Assembly: GCA_003647715.1 (NCBI GenBank)
Contig: QMNJ01000002.1
Location: 1-32,441, forward strand
Reading direction: 5' to 3'
Source: Candidatus Coatesbacteria bacterium
Lineage (GTDB): Bacteria > RBG-13-66-14 > B26-G2
DNA: 32,441 nucleotides
Below the pieces are notes generated by a model. The model saw only the letters and a program-made list of their open reading frames with translations, searched no databases and was not told where the DNA came from. Of the stretch, positions 7,629-16,794 are shown piece after piece; position 1 is the first letter of the stretch, and each line of letters starts with the position of its first letter. The position numbers and the translations under genes are program-made.

Positions 7629-9557
7629 TTGAACCCGGTATTGCCAGTATTAATATTTGCCTTACCTGTACTGTCGTTTGGAATCACTGTTTTGATAGGA
7701 CGGTATTTTCCGCTCAAGGGGGCGAGTGTTGGCATTCTTGGTTTAGTGGTCTCATTCATACTCTCCTGTGTTGTTTTCTATCAGTTGCAGGTTGACCCTA
7801 CCAGAACTATTGACCTTTCGGTTACCTGGCTTGATTTCGGTGAATATACGATTGACCTTGGGATTCTAATAGACAGGTTTGCTGCGGTTATGTTGGTAGT
7901 GGTTACACTTGTAAGTTTGTGTGTTCACATCTACTCGCTTGGGTATATGAAGGGCGACAGGCGCTTCACTACCTATTATGCATATCTATCGCTGTTCACA
8001 ATGTCCATGCTCGGTATTGTTATATCAAACAATCTATTCCAGTTATTTGTATTCTGGGAGTTGGTCGGTGTATCATCATATCTACTGATTGGCTTCTGGT
8101 TTGAGAGAAAACCCGCGGCTATGGCGGGTATGAAGGCATTTGTTGTCTGTAGGATAGGTGACTTCGGTTTTCTAATTGGTATATTAAGCCTGTTTGTGGC
8201 AACGGGCACCTTCTCGTTTGGTGCACTATTCGGTCTGTCCCAGGCGGGTGCCATATCCTCCGCTGTGCTGGTTGTGGGGGCGCTGGGTATATTCTTCGGA
8301 GCGGTGGGGAAGAGTGCGCAGTTGCCGCTATATGTTTGGCTACCTGATGCAATGGAGGGTCCCACACCGGTGAGTGCCCTCATTCACGCCGCCACTATGG
8401 TCGCAGCAGGTGTATATCTGGTCGCCAGAACACTGCCAATATTCTCTACTGTGCCTCAAATAATGGAGGTCGTTGCATGGGTCGGCGGGCTTACCGCACT
8501 GTTCTCCGCAACCATTGCGGTGGCACAGGTAGATATCAAGAGAATACTGGCATACTCTACCATAAGCCAGCTGGGCTATATGATGCTTGCCTGTGGGGTG
8601 GGTGCTGGTGCTTCCGCAATATTCCACCTCTCAACCCATGCATTCTTCAAGGCGCTATTGTTCCTTGGTGCTGGTAGTGTCATACACTCTCTACATACGA
8701 ATGATATAAGGGAGATGGGAGGGTTGTTCAGTAATATGAAGACAACGGCAACCGTATTCATTATAGGCGCTCTGTCGCTGGCGGGGTTTCCACCATTCTC
8801 TGGCTTCTTCTCCAAGGATGAGATAATGGTGAGCGTTTTGGAGAGCGGTCATGTATGGCTATACTGGATAGTGGTCTTTACCGCCTTTCTAACCGCGTTC
8901 TATATATTTAGGTTGATATTTATCGCATTCTTCGGTGAGCAATCGGAGAGGTCAAAGCATGCTGAGGAAAGCCCGAAGGTTATGACTGTGCCTATGGTCG
9001 TTCTTGCGGTTCTGTCGGTTGTTGCTGGATGGATTGCCATTCCGGGTGTAGGTCCTGGCTTCGCAGAAATCGGTGGATTTGAGCTTCATCATCTCCACAT
9101 CAACTGGTCTGCAATGGGGACTTCATTTCTGGTGGTGCTGATGGGAATTGGTGTTGCATGGGCTATTTACTCAAGAAGGTTTGTGGAAAGCAGAAGTATT
9201 TATAATACATTCAAGCCGATATCAAAACTCCTGGAGAATAAGTGGTATGTTGATGAGATATATAACTTCTTCATAGTTCAGCCGGTGATATTCTTTTCCA
9301 GGTTATTATTTGCCTTTGATATGGTCATAGTTGATGGGGCGGTGAATCTGGCTGGTTGGCTTGGAGTGAGGTTGTCCAAGTTTGAGGGTGAGTTTGACCT
9401 GGCGGTGGTTGATGGAGCGGTTAATGGCACCGCCTGGACCGCCCGAACCTTCGGTAGAGCAGTAAGAAGAATTCAGACCGGACTTATCCAGGAATATGTG
9501 ATTGTTGCATCTGTGGCGATACTGGCTCTGATTATTATCGGCTATTACCTTATGTGA
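7629..9557 (+). CDS. nuoL: NADH-quinone oxidoreductase subunit L
   Basis: 642 aa, Mrp-antiporter-like, with a WLPDAMEGPTPVSALIHAATMV motif and the long C-terminal extension characteristic of NuoL. TTG start about 9 nt after AGGAG. Confidence 0.95.
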   Translation: MNPVLPVLIFALPVLSFGITVLIGRYFPLKGASVGILGLVVSFILSCVVFYQLQVDPTRTIDLSVTWLDFGEYTIDLGILIDRFAAVMLVVVTLVSLCVHIYSLGYMKGDRRFTTYYAYLSLFTMSMLGIVISNNLFQLFVFWELVGVSSYLLIGFWFERKPAAMAGMKAFVVCRIGDFGFLIGILSLFVATGTFSFGALFGLSQAGAISSAVLVVGALGIFFGAVGKSAQLPLYVWLPDAMEGPTPVSALIHAATMVAAGVYLVARTLPIFSTVPQIMEVVAWVGGLTALFSATIAVAQVDIKRILAYSTISQLGYMMLACGVGAGASAIFHLSTHAFFKALLFLGAGSVIHSLHTNDIREMGGLFSNMKTTATVFIIGALSLAGFPPFSGFFSKDEIMVSVLESGHVWLYWIVVFTAFLTAFYIFRLIFIAFFGEQSERSKHAEESPKVMTVPMVVLAVLSVVAGWIAIPGVGPGFAEIGGFELHHLHINWSAMGTSFLVVLMGIGVAWAIYSRRFVESRSIYNTFKPISKLLENKWYVDEIYNFFIVQPVIFFSRLLFAFDMVIVDGAVNLAGWLGVRLSKFEGEFDLAVVDGAVNGTAWTARTFGRAVRRIQTGLIQEYVIVASVAILALIIIGYYLM

Positions 9558-9587
9558 TGTATATGTAAGATGGAGGGTTCGTAGATT

Positions 9588-11057
9588 ATGAATATTCCGC
9601 ATTTACTGTCAATAATCGTCTTCACTCCAGTTGTGGGTATTATAGTCCTGCTATTTGTGGATGGGAAGAAGCATAAATTCATCAGATGGTTCTCAGCCAT
9701 TATTACCCTAATAGTACTGATATTATCCTTCTTTGTGTTTAAACAGTTCAATTTTTCAGAATCGGGTGTTCAGTTGGTGGAGAAGGGGATGTGGATACCG
9801 CAGTTCAATATTAAATACTTCCTGGGCGTTGATGGGTTATCACTTCCACTATTCTTTTTAACTGCACTTCTATCGTTTCTTGCATGTGTTGGCAGTTTCG
9901 GTATCAAGGAGAGGGTGAAGGAATATTTTATCCTTTACCTTCTTCTGGTCACTGGTATGCTGGGTGTCTTCGTAGCACTTGATATGGTCATCTTCTACAT
10001 ATTCTGGGAGGTTGTGCTGGTGCCGATGTATTTCCTAATAGGCATCTGGGGTGGTCCGAAGAGGGAGTATGCGGCGATTAAGTTCTTTCTTTATACATTG
10101 TTTGGAAGCGTGGTAATGCTATTGGGTATCCTTGCACTCTATTTTACCAGCAACCCTCATACATTTGATATGATGGAGATAATCGCCCAGAGAGCAACAT
10201 TTACCAGAAACTTCCAGATTATTGTCTGGCTTGCTATGTTTATCGGTTTCGCTATCAAAGTGCCAATATTTCCCTTCCACACCTGGCTTCCAGATGCCCA
10301 TGTTGAGGCACCCACCCCAATATCAGTGCTCCTGGCGGGTATACTTCTAAAGATGGGAGGTTATGGTTTCCTGAGGTTGTCGTTTCCAATGTTGCCCGAG
10401 GCAAGCAAATACTTCGCCACCTTCTTCGCCATTCTGGGATTTATCAATATTGTGTATGGAGCGCTGGTGGCTATGGCGCAGAAGGATTTGAAGAAGTTGA
10501 TTGCCTATTCATCGGTGAGCCACATGGGTTATGTTCTTCTTGGTTTTGCCTCCATGACCCAGATGGGGTATATAGGCGGTGTTCTACAGATGTTCAACCA
10601 TGGAATTATAACTGGGGCGTTGTTCTTACTTGTTGGTGTGATATATGACAGAGCACATACAAGGGATATATATGCCTTCGGAGGTCTTGGAAAGACCATG
10701 CCCGTCTATTTCGGTATAATGACATTTTCATGCTTTGCTTCGCTTGGATTGCCCGGGCTTGCCGGCTTCGTCAGTGAATTCTTATGTCTAATTGGTGCAT
10801 TTTCGGTATTCAAGGTGATAGTCATTGCAAGTGCATCCGGCATGATAATAACCGCCGCCTATTTCCTGTGGACGCTTCAGCGAATGTTTATGGGGTCCGA
10901 GAATGAGAGGTGGAAGGATTTACCCGATATGAGCGGAAGGGAGCTGTTCACTTTAATTCCCCTGATGATACTTATGCTTCTTATCGGTGTATATCCAAAG
11001 ATTATTGTTCAGGTTATGAAGCCCACACTTAACTATCTGGTTGGGCTGATGTATTAG
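9588..11057 (+). CDS. nuoM: NADH-quinone oxidoreductase subunit M
   Basis: 489 aa, antiporter-like, with a WLPDAHVEAPTPISVLLAG motif. GGAGGG SD upstream. Confidence 0.95.
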   Translation: MNIPHLLSIIVFTPVVGIIVLLFVDGKKHKFIRWFSAIITLIVLILSFFVFKQFNFSESGVQLVEKGMWIPQFNIKYFLGVDGLSLPLFFLTALLSFLACVGSFGIKERVKEYFILYLLLVTGMLGVFVALDMVIFYIFWEVVLVPMYFLIGIWGGPKREYAAIKFFLYTLFGSVVMLLGILALYFTSNPHTFDMMEIIAQRATFTRNFQIIVWLAMFIGFAIKVPIFPFHTWLPDAHVEAPTPISVLLAGILLKMGGYGFLRLSFPMLPEASKYFATFFAILGFINIVYGALVAMAQKDLKKLIAYSSVSHMGYVLLGFASMTQMGYIGGVLQMFNHGIITGALFLLVGVIYDRAHTRDIYAFGGLGKTMPVYFGIMTFSCFASLGLPGLAGFVSEFLCLIGAFSVFKVIVIASASGMIITAAYFLWTLQRMFMGSENERWKDLPDMSGRELFTLIPLMILMLLIGVYPKIIVQVMKPTLNYLVGLMY

Positions 11058-11097
11058 GGAGGTTAGTGCGAATTTTTTAATGAGGACAATATAGATT

Positions 11098-12552
11098 ATG
11101 GTTGATATAGATTTTTCATTACTATTGCCGGAGTTAATACTCATCGGTGGAGCATTCTTTATAATTGCACTTGACCTTATATTCAGAAGGAGAGTGACCT
11201 GGCTTCTATTGCCAGTATCGGTTCTTATTGTCGCCTTCGCAATGTATGTAGCGATAGACCTGGCGGGCACTGTTGCCTCAACCGTAATGAATACCTTCGT
11301 GGTAGATACCTTTTCTATTGTGATGAAGGTAATAATAATGCTGGCTACCATTTTCATCTTGATGCTGACCGATGGGTATAAACCGCTTGGGAATGCTCAT
11401 CAGGGTGAGTTCGTAGGGTTAATCTTACTTGCGTCATCTGCTATGTGCTTCATGGTCTCTGCCGGTGATATGGTGATGTTGTATGTGGCGATAGAGTTCA
11501 CCAGCATCATATCCTACATTCTTGTGGGCTACCTGCGAAGGAATCCCCTCTCTATTGAAGCTGGGATAAAGTATTTTCTTTTCGGTGCTGTGTCGTCAGC
11601 AATTATGCTTTTCGGTATGTCTCTATTGTATGTTCTCACTGCTACAACCAATCTCGGTGGGATTGTTGAGGGAATTATGCACGGTGCTGTTAATCCTAAA
11701 ATAGTCCTTGTATCAGTGTCATTGTTTATGGTTGGGCTGGCGTTTAAGATGGGGGCAGTTCCAATGCACCTCTGGGTGCCTGATGTCTATCAGGGTGCTC
11801 CCACTCCCATAACCGCATATATCTCCGTAGCATCTAAGACAGCGGGTGTCGCTGCATTTCTTAGGATTGCTTTCTGGTTTGCACCTATGCTTGATGTTGC
11901 CTCAGGTGAATGGGTCAATATTCTATCGTTTGTATCTATGGCATCTATGGTTCTTGGAACGGTGATAGGTATTCTACAGAATAACCTAAAACGGCTTCTT
12001 GCCTATTCGGCGATTTCACACATCGGGTTTATTATCATTGGTGTTATCGTGGGTCAGGAGGTGGGAATGATAGCGGTGGTGTATTATATGGTGGCATACC
12101 TGTTTATGACAATGGGTGCTTTTGCCATCGTGATAATGGTCGCTGATGCCACCGGTGGATATGAACTCAATGACTATGTGATGCTGTCTAAGAGAAAGCC
12201 ATCGCTGGCTCTTCTAATGACAATATTTTTGATATCGTTGGCGGGTATCCCCCCTACCGTCGGTTTCTTTGCCAAGTTCTATGTCTTTGCAGCCGCCATA
12301 AAGCAGGGTTATATAATGCTGGCTATAGTAGGTGTCCTGGCAAGTGTTGTTGGTCTGTTTATGTATGCCAGAGTTCTCAAGGCGATGTATCTGGATAAGA
12401 ATGATGAGATTATGAAGAAACCATTTGGAGCAATACCTCCTCCATCGTGGGCGGTGGTGGGTTTATGCCTTCTGGGCACTCTGATATTCGGTGTCTATCC
12501 AAAGCCAATAGTTGAGATTGCCAGATATTGTTGTAATCTCTTTGGTGGCTAA
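11098..12552 (+). CDS. nuoN: NADH-quinone oxidoreductase subunit N
   Basis: 484 aa, antiporter-like, with a WVPDVYQGAPTPITAYISV motif. It is the last gene of the operon. Confidence 0.95.
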   Translation: MVDIDFSLLLPELILIGGAFFIIALDLIFRRRVTWLLLPVSVLIVAFAMYVAIDLAGTVASTVMNTFVVDTFSIVMKVIIMLATIFILMLTDGYKPLGNAHQGEFVGLILLASSAMCFMVSAGDMVMLYVAIEFTSIISYILVGYLRRNPLSIEAGIKYFLFGAVSSAIMLFGMSLLYVLTATTNLGGIVEGIMHGAVNPKIVLVSVSLFMVGLAFKMGAVPMHLWVPDVYQGAPTPITAYISVASKTAGVAAFLRIAFWFAPMLDVASGEWVNILSFVSMASMVLGTVIGILQNNLKRLLAYSAISHIGFIIIGVIVGQEVGMIAVVYYMVAYLFMTMGAFAIVIMVADATGGYELNDYVMLSKRKPSLALLMTIFLISLAGIPPTVGFFAKFYVFAAAIKQGYIMLAIVGVLASVVGLFMYARVLKAMYLDKNDEIMKKPFGAIPPPSWAVVGLCLLGTLIFGVYPKPIVEIARYCCNLFGG

Positions 12553-12559
12553 AGTTCAT

Positions 12560-13189
12560 TTAGCATTGATTTTTATTATCAATCCCCATTCCTAAATCTG
12601 CCTCTTCCTTGAATTCATCCATCCACTCCTCATCATATCCCTGGTCTCTGAGATAGTCAAGCCAGTCAAGGACCTGGGCAAATCTGCCCATATATATGAA
12701 TGCCTGGCAGATGTTTTTAACATATTCTATTTTAGGTTCCTTCTTCAGCAGTTCAAGATATATATTAATGACCTCTTCAAATTCACCCAGTGCAAAGAGT
12801 ATATCAGTTCTGGTTTCAAAGAGCTCAGAATCATCATAGGTAGAGAGATAGCCATTTATGGAGGGTATTACATCGCTGTATCTGTTCAAAGATATCAGGC
12901 ACTCAATTTTAAGCTTCCATGCCTCTTTGTGAGCGGGGCTTATGTCAAAGACCTTCTCAAGGCATTCTAGTGCCTTCTCGTAGCTACCCAGGGTGGCATA
13001 GATGCTGGCTAACTGTAGCCAAGCGGGCCAGAAGTCAACCTTCTGCTTGACTATTCTCTGAAGGTGTCTGGTTGCTTTGGGAAAATCCTCCGTATCAATG
13101 GCTTTTCTTGCCTGGTTTAACTCAATTACAATATTTTCAGGTATTTCTTCCTCATTTTTCATATCTGGTAAATATGGTGGAAAATACAT
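12560..13189 (-). CDS. Cytoplasmic TPR protein downstream of proline dehydrogenase
   Basis: 209 aa with no signal peptide and about 4-5 TPR units (e.g. AWLQLASIYATLGSYEKALECLEKVFDISP). An alternative ATG at 13162 (MKNEEE...) would overlap the PRODH stop by 11 nt instead of 38. Confidence 0.75.
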   Translation of the reverse strand: MYFPPYLPDMKNEEEIPENIVIELNQARKAIDTEDFPKATRHLQRIVKQKVDFWPAWLQLASIYATLGSYEKALECLEKVFDISPAHKEAWKLKIECLISLNRYSDVIPSINGYLSTYDDSELFETRTDILFALGEFEEVINIYLELLKKEPKIEYVKNICQAFIYMGRFAQVLDWLDYLRDQGYDEEWMDEFKEEADLGMGIDNKNQC

Positions 13190-14060
13190 AGTTTATCATT
13201 CGGGGATTCTTCCTGAATCTTCGCATAGAGTAGGCATGCCATTCTCTACCGAAGGGGACATATATTCTCATCTTGTATCCCATATTGACGAGAATGTCTC
13301 TTAGTTCAGAATCGACTCCGTATAACATCTGGAACTCAAATCCGTCGTTTTTTATACCCAGTATGTCAACGACCCTCAGGGTCTCAGCAATCATCAGTTC
13401 ATCGTGAGTGGCTGAAGCGACATAACATCCACCTCTAAGTAGTTTTTCAATGAGGTATGGGTATATTTTATCAACCTCTCTTTTGGTTTGATATGCGATT
13501 GAGCGTGGTTCAGGGTAGGTCAAACCTTTGCAGACGCGCACATTCGCTTTATAGTCAACCAGCATATCAAGGTCTGAGATTACACGCCTTATATATGCCT
13601 GAACGGCAGTACCTACATTATCGAATTTCTTTCTGAGTTCCCGATAAAGTTTGAATGTCCCGTCAATGTAGGGAGAGTCCTCTATATCAAGGCGAACAAA
13701 GTTGTTGTATCGCTTGGCATAGTTAACCAGTTCATATACATTCTCATAGCAGAGTTCATAAGATATTCCAAGCCCGAAGTGAGTCGGCTTTATGGATATA
13801 TTGGAATCAAGCCCCTCCTCTTCTATCGCATCCAGTGCCTTCTTGTATTCCTCCAGTGCATCTCTGGTCTTCTTCTCCTCAGTGACGCTTTCACCCAGAA
13901 CATCCAGGGTGGCGCAGACATTTCTCCTGTTTAACCCCTTTACCACCTTTATTCCATCGTTGAGCTCTGTTCCAGCGATATATCTCCTGGCGAAAACATA
14001 GACAATGGGTTTAGGAATAGCGTGCATTCCATAAATAAACAGATTGCTAAAGATACCCAT
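13152..14060 (-). CDS. Monofunctional proline dehydrogenase (PutA-type PRODH barrel)
   Basis: 302 aa, colinear with my recollection of Thermus PRODH: RRYIAG..., LDVLGE, FVRLDIEDSP, VQAYIRR, RVCKG, SATHD, FEFQMLYGV, YVPFG. GGGAGGA SD upstream. Confidence 0.88.
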   Translation of the reverse strand: MGIFSNLFIYGMHAIPKPIVYVFARRYIAGTELNDGIKVVKGLNRRNVCATLDVLGESVTEEKKTRDALEEYKKALDAIEEEGLDSNISIKPTHFGLGISYELCYENVYELVNYAKRYNNFVRLDIEDSPYIDGTFKLYRELRKKFDNVGTAVQAYIRRVISDLDMLVDYKANVRVCKGLTYPEPRSIAYQTKREVDKIYPYLIEKLLRGGCYVASATHDELMIAETLRVVDILGIKNDGFEFQMLYGVDSELRDILVNMGYKMRIYVPFGREWHAYSMRRFRKNPRMINYVFSTIFTRYEK

Positions 14061-14113
14061 AGTATTCCTCCCGTGTATGTGCAGTAAATGTTATAAACAG
14101 TTAGTTTCTAAAA

Positions 14114-14141
14114 ATTATAACTTTCTTAAACATCTAAACAA
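14114..14141 (-). promoter_or_regulatory. Candidate promoter for the PRODH-TPR pair
   Basis: On the minus strand: TTGTTT, a 16-nt spacer, then a perfect TATAAT (plus-strand 14119-14114), about 53 nt upstream of the ATG, followed by a strong SD. Confidence 0.4.
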
Positions 14142-14193
14142 CATTTTTTCTAAATGGCTATCTTGCTCTCAGGTAAAGCAATTCCTTTATTGT

Positions 14194-14748
14194 CTAAAAT
14201 ACTTTAAGGATAGTATATGCTGTTTTAATCAATAGCCACAGTGGAGTTATATATACCAGTATTACTACTGTTAATCCCAGTATAAAAAACATGGTGATTA
14301 AACCTTTGTATAGTGTAACTGATATAGGGTTGTAGGTGAAGTTTTTCAGGCGAATTGCTGAATAGATACTTCTCATGTATCCTCTTACAAAGGGTGGAAC
14401 CGTTCCCCATAGGAGCCCCACCAGAGCAGTTGTTGTGGGGACCAGTATTAAAATGTAATGTAAGTTGCCATTCTTAACTGCTTTGTAATTAGGTAGTATA
14501 TATCTGAACAGTGTGGTTACGGTGAGGAATATGACCACAGATATAATGGCAACGCCAATGCTTACTGTGAAATGTTGCTTTGCTGTTTCTGAGAACATTG
14601 CAAAGATAATCCCCAGGAGTAGTAGTGACAGGTAAGTTATAATGTATTTGGTGTTGATTATACCGAAGGAGAAAGCAACAATTATTACCACTGGAAGAAT
14701 GTAAAGAGCAATCAGATTTATTCTCTCTATGGTTTCTACAACATCCAT
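14194..14748 (-). CDS. Polytopic membrane protein of unknown function
   Basis: 184 aa with about 5-6 predicted TM helices. I recognise no family motif. Confidence 0.6.
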   Translation of the reverse strand: MDVVETIERINLIALYILPVVIIVAFSFGIINTKYIITYLSLLLLGIIFAMFSETAKQHFTVSIGVAIISVVIFLTVTTLFRYILPNYKAVKNGNLHYILILVPTTTALVGLLWGTVPPFVRGYMRSIYSAIRLKNFTYNPISVTLYKGLITMFFILGLTVVILVYITPLWLLIKTAYTILKVF

Positions 14749-14784
14749 AATAAATTAGCCGAAAAACTCACAACTCCTATTATA

Positions 14785-14812
14785 ATTTTATAAAAAGTAT
14801 TTGTGAAATCAA
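14785..14812 (-). promoter_or_regulatory. Candidate promoter for the membrane-protein gene
   Basis: On the minus strand: TTGATT (14812-14807), a 16-nt spacer, then TAAAAT (14790-14785), immediately followed by TATAAT (14784-14779). Confidence 0.3.
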
Positions 14813-14821
14813 TCACTATTT

Positions 14822-16243
14822 TTATAGAATATACTTTGCTAGGTCCTCGTCTTTCATTATCTTGGAAAGCCGTTCTTTAACATACTCTGCGTCTATCTTG
14901 ACCTTTGAATTCTTTAATCTGGGTGAGTTAAATGATACATCCTCTAACAACTTCTCCATGATGGTGTGTAATCTCCTCGCACCTATGTTCTCCATCCTGT
15001 CGTTTGCCATTGCCGCATATTCCGCTATCTGATAGATTGCATCATCAGTGAACTCAAGTTCCACACCCTCAGTTGAAAGAAGTGCCTTATATTGTTTTAC
15101 TAATGCATTCTCGGGTTTTGTAAGTATCTCTACGAAGTCGTCCCTGGTCAAACTGCTCAGTTCCACCCTAATGGGGAATCTGCCCTGCATCTCGGGAATA
15201 AGGTCTGATGGCTTGGTTATATGGAAAGCTCCTGCAGCGATAAATAGAATATGATTGGTCCTCACCATTCCATATTTGGTCATAACTGTGGTTCCCTCTA
15301 TTATAGGTAATAGGTCCCTCTGGACACCCTCTCTTGATACATCGGGACCGTGCCCGCTTTCCCTGCCCGCTACCTTGTCTATCTCGTCTATAAATATTAT
15401 TCCCATTGACTCAACCTTGTCAAGAGCGCAGGATACGACTTTGTCCATATCAATTAGTTTACTTGCCTCCTCCTCTGTAAGTATGTCCAGGGCTTCATCT
15501 ATCTTTACTTTACGTGTCTTGGTCTTATGTGGGAAGGCGCTTGATAGCATCTCGGATATATTCTCCATCTCCTCAAATCCAGCACCTGAAAAGACCTCCA
15601 CCAGGGGGAAGGACCTGGTGGTGGTCTCTATCTCTATTTCCCTATCGTCAAATTCACCCGCCCTAAGTTTCTCTCTCAGTTGCTCTCTGCTCTTCTTCCA
15701 TTGATTGTATGCTCTCTCTTCTTCCTCCTTGAGATTTGTGGATTCTTCTGAATCATCCTGTTTTAAGACGCCCGCCTTCCCTACATTTTTTTGATGTGGT
15801 GAGCGTATGGGGGGAAGGAGGATGTCAAGTATTTTCTCCTCTGCAATCTTCTGTGCTCTCTCCTCCACATTGTTCATCATCCGTTCTTTCTCTGTGGAGA
15901 CCGCTATCTCAACCAGGTCTCTAACCATTGATTCCACATCCCTGCCAACATAACCAACCTCGGTGAACTTGCTTGCTTCCACCTTCATAAATGGTGCATC
16001 AGCCAGTTTGGCAAGTCGCCTGGCAATCTCGGTCTTACCAACCCCGGTTGGACCAATCATTATAATGTTCTTGGGAGCTACCTCCTCCGCCAAATCCTCC
16101 GGCAGGTGAAGACGGCGCCACCTGTTCCTCATAGCTATGGCAACCATCCTCTTCGCCTCGTTTTGACCGATGATATACTTGTCCAGTTCCCTTACTATAT
16201 CTTCGGGGGTCAGGGTTTCTTTAAGTTTAAGTTCGTCATCCAT
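14822..16243 (-). CDS. hslU: ATP-dependent protease ATPase subunit HslU
   Basis: 473 aa with an N-terminal [16 protein letters not shown], Walker [16 protein letters not shown], Walker B IFIDEIDK and a C-terminal [15 protein letters not shown]. Confidence 0.96.
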   Translation of the reverse strand: MDDELKLKETLTPEDIVRELDKYIIGQNEAKRMVAIAMRNRWRRLHLPEDLAEEVAPKNIIMIGPTGVGKTEIARRLAKLADAPFMKVEASKFTEVGYVGRDVESMVRDLVEIAVSTEKERMMNNVEERAQKIAEEKILDILLPPIRSPHQKNVGKAGVLKQDDSEESTNLKEEEERAYNQWKKSREQLREKLRAGEFDDREIEIETTTRSFPLVEVFSGAGFEEMENISEMLSSAFPHKTKTRKVKIDEALDILTEEEASKLIDMDKVVSCALDKVESMGIIFIDEIDKVAGRESGHGPDVSREGVQRDLLPIIEGTTVMTKYGMVRTNHILFIAAGAFHITKPSDLIPEMQGRFPIRVELSSLTRDDFVEILTKPENALVKQYKALLSTEGVELEFTDDAIYQIAEYAAMANDRMENIGARRLHTIMEKLLEDVSFNSPRLKNSKVKIDAEYVKERLSKIMKDEDLAKYIL

Positions 16244-16245
16244 AA

Positions 16246-16794
16246 CTACAGCACCTCAATGGTAATCTTGTCATTGGAATAGATACATATTTCACTTGCT
16301 ATCATAAGCGATTCTTTCACTATCTCATCGGCGGGCAGATTGGTGTGCTTCAGTAGTGCCCTTGCTGCTGATAGTGCATAGTCCCCACCACTCCCTATAG
16401 CGAGAATGCCATCGTCGGGTTCTATTACATCGCCGGAGCCAGATACCAATAGAGAATGTTCTCTATCCGCCACCGCCAGAAGTGCTTCTAAGCGCCTCAA
16501 TATCTTGTCTGTTCTCCACTCCTTCGCCAGTTCTACGCTTGCACGGGGTAGATTCTCGGGAAACTCCTTAATCTTGGCTTCAAACTTTTCAAATAGCGTC
16601 AGAGCATCGGCAGCGGCACCTGCAAATCCAGCCAGCACCCTCCCCTCAGCCAACTTTCTCACCTTCCTGGTGGTGGTCTTCACCACACTGTCACCGACTG
16701 TGACCTGACCGTCTCCGCCCATAGCAACACAATCATCCTTTCTCACAGCAATGACGGTGGTCTGGATATATTTTAAATTGCTATATCTCTCCAT
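16246..16794 (-). CDS. hslV: ATP-dependent protease subunit HslV
   Basis: [26 protein letters not shown] and AIGSGG motifs. The ATG shares one base with the xerC stop (TAATG). Ten residues (after the initiator Met) precede the catalytic Thr. Confidence 0.95.
   Translation of the reverse strand: MERYSNLKYIQTTVIAVRKDDCVAMGGDGQVTVGDSVVKTTTRKVRKLAEGRVLAGFAGAAADALTLFEKFEAKIKEFPENLPRASVELAKEWRTDKILRRLEALLAVADREHSLLVSGSGDVIEPDDGILAIGSGGDYALSAARALLKHTNLPADEIVKESLMIASEICIYSNDKITIEVL

Noticed and set aside
7919-8815. Multiple 60-135-aa ORFs in other frames or on the opposite strand of nuoL, with similar ones inside nuoD, hslU, lptA-like, hdrA and others
   Set aside because: They are fully nested in well-supported conserved genes, lack SD sites or recognisable motifs, and have the low-complexity, biased composition typical of shadow ORFs.
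938-12552. The operon being a group 4 membrane-bound [NiFe] hydrogenase (Ech/Mbh/Hyf-like) rather than complex I
   Set aside because: The NuoD homologue lacks both N- and C-terminal CxxC nickel-binding pairs (HPSTHG and ...LPDCDR instead). A full NuoA/J/K/L/M/N set is present, including the long NuoL C-terminal extension.
12565-12583. A hairpin (ATTGAT-ttttatt-ATCAAT) as a bidirectional terminator between nuoN and the TPR gene
   Set aside because: It is a 6-bp, almost all-A/T stem with no flanking U-run on either strand, and it lies inside the TPR coding sequence. It is too weak to call.
14044-14235. A 63-aa Cys-containing plus-strand ORF spanning the PRODH/membrane-protein intergenic region
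   Set aside because: It overlaps the PRODH start, its SD and promoter, and the 3' end of the membrane-protein gene. It lies in AT-rich promoter DNA and has no SD.
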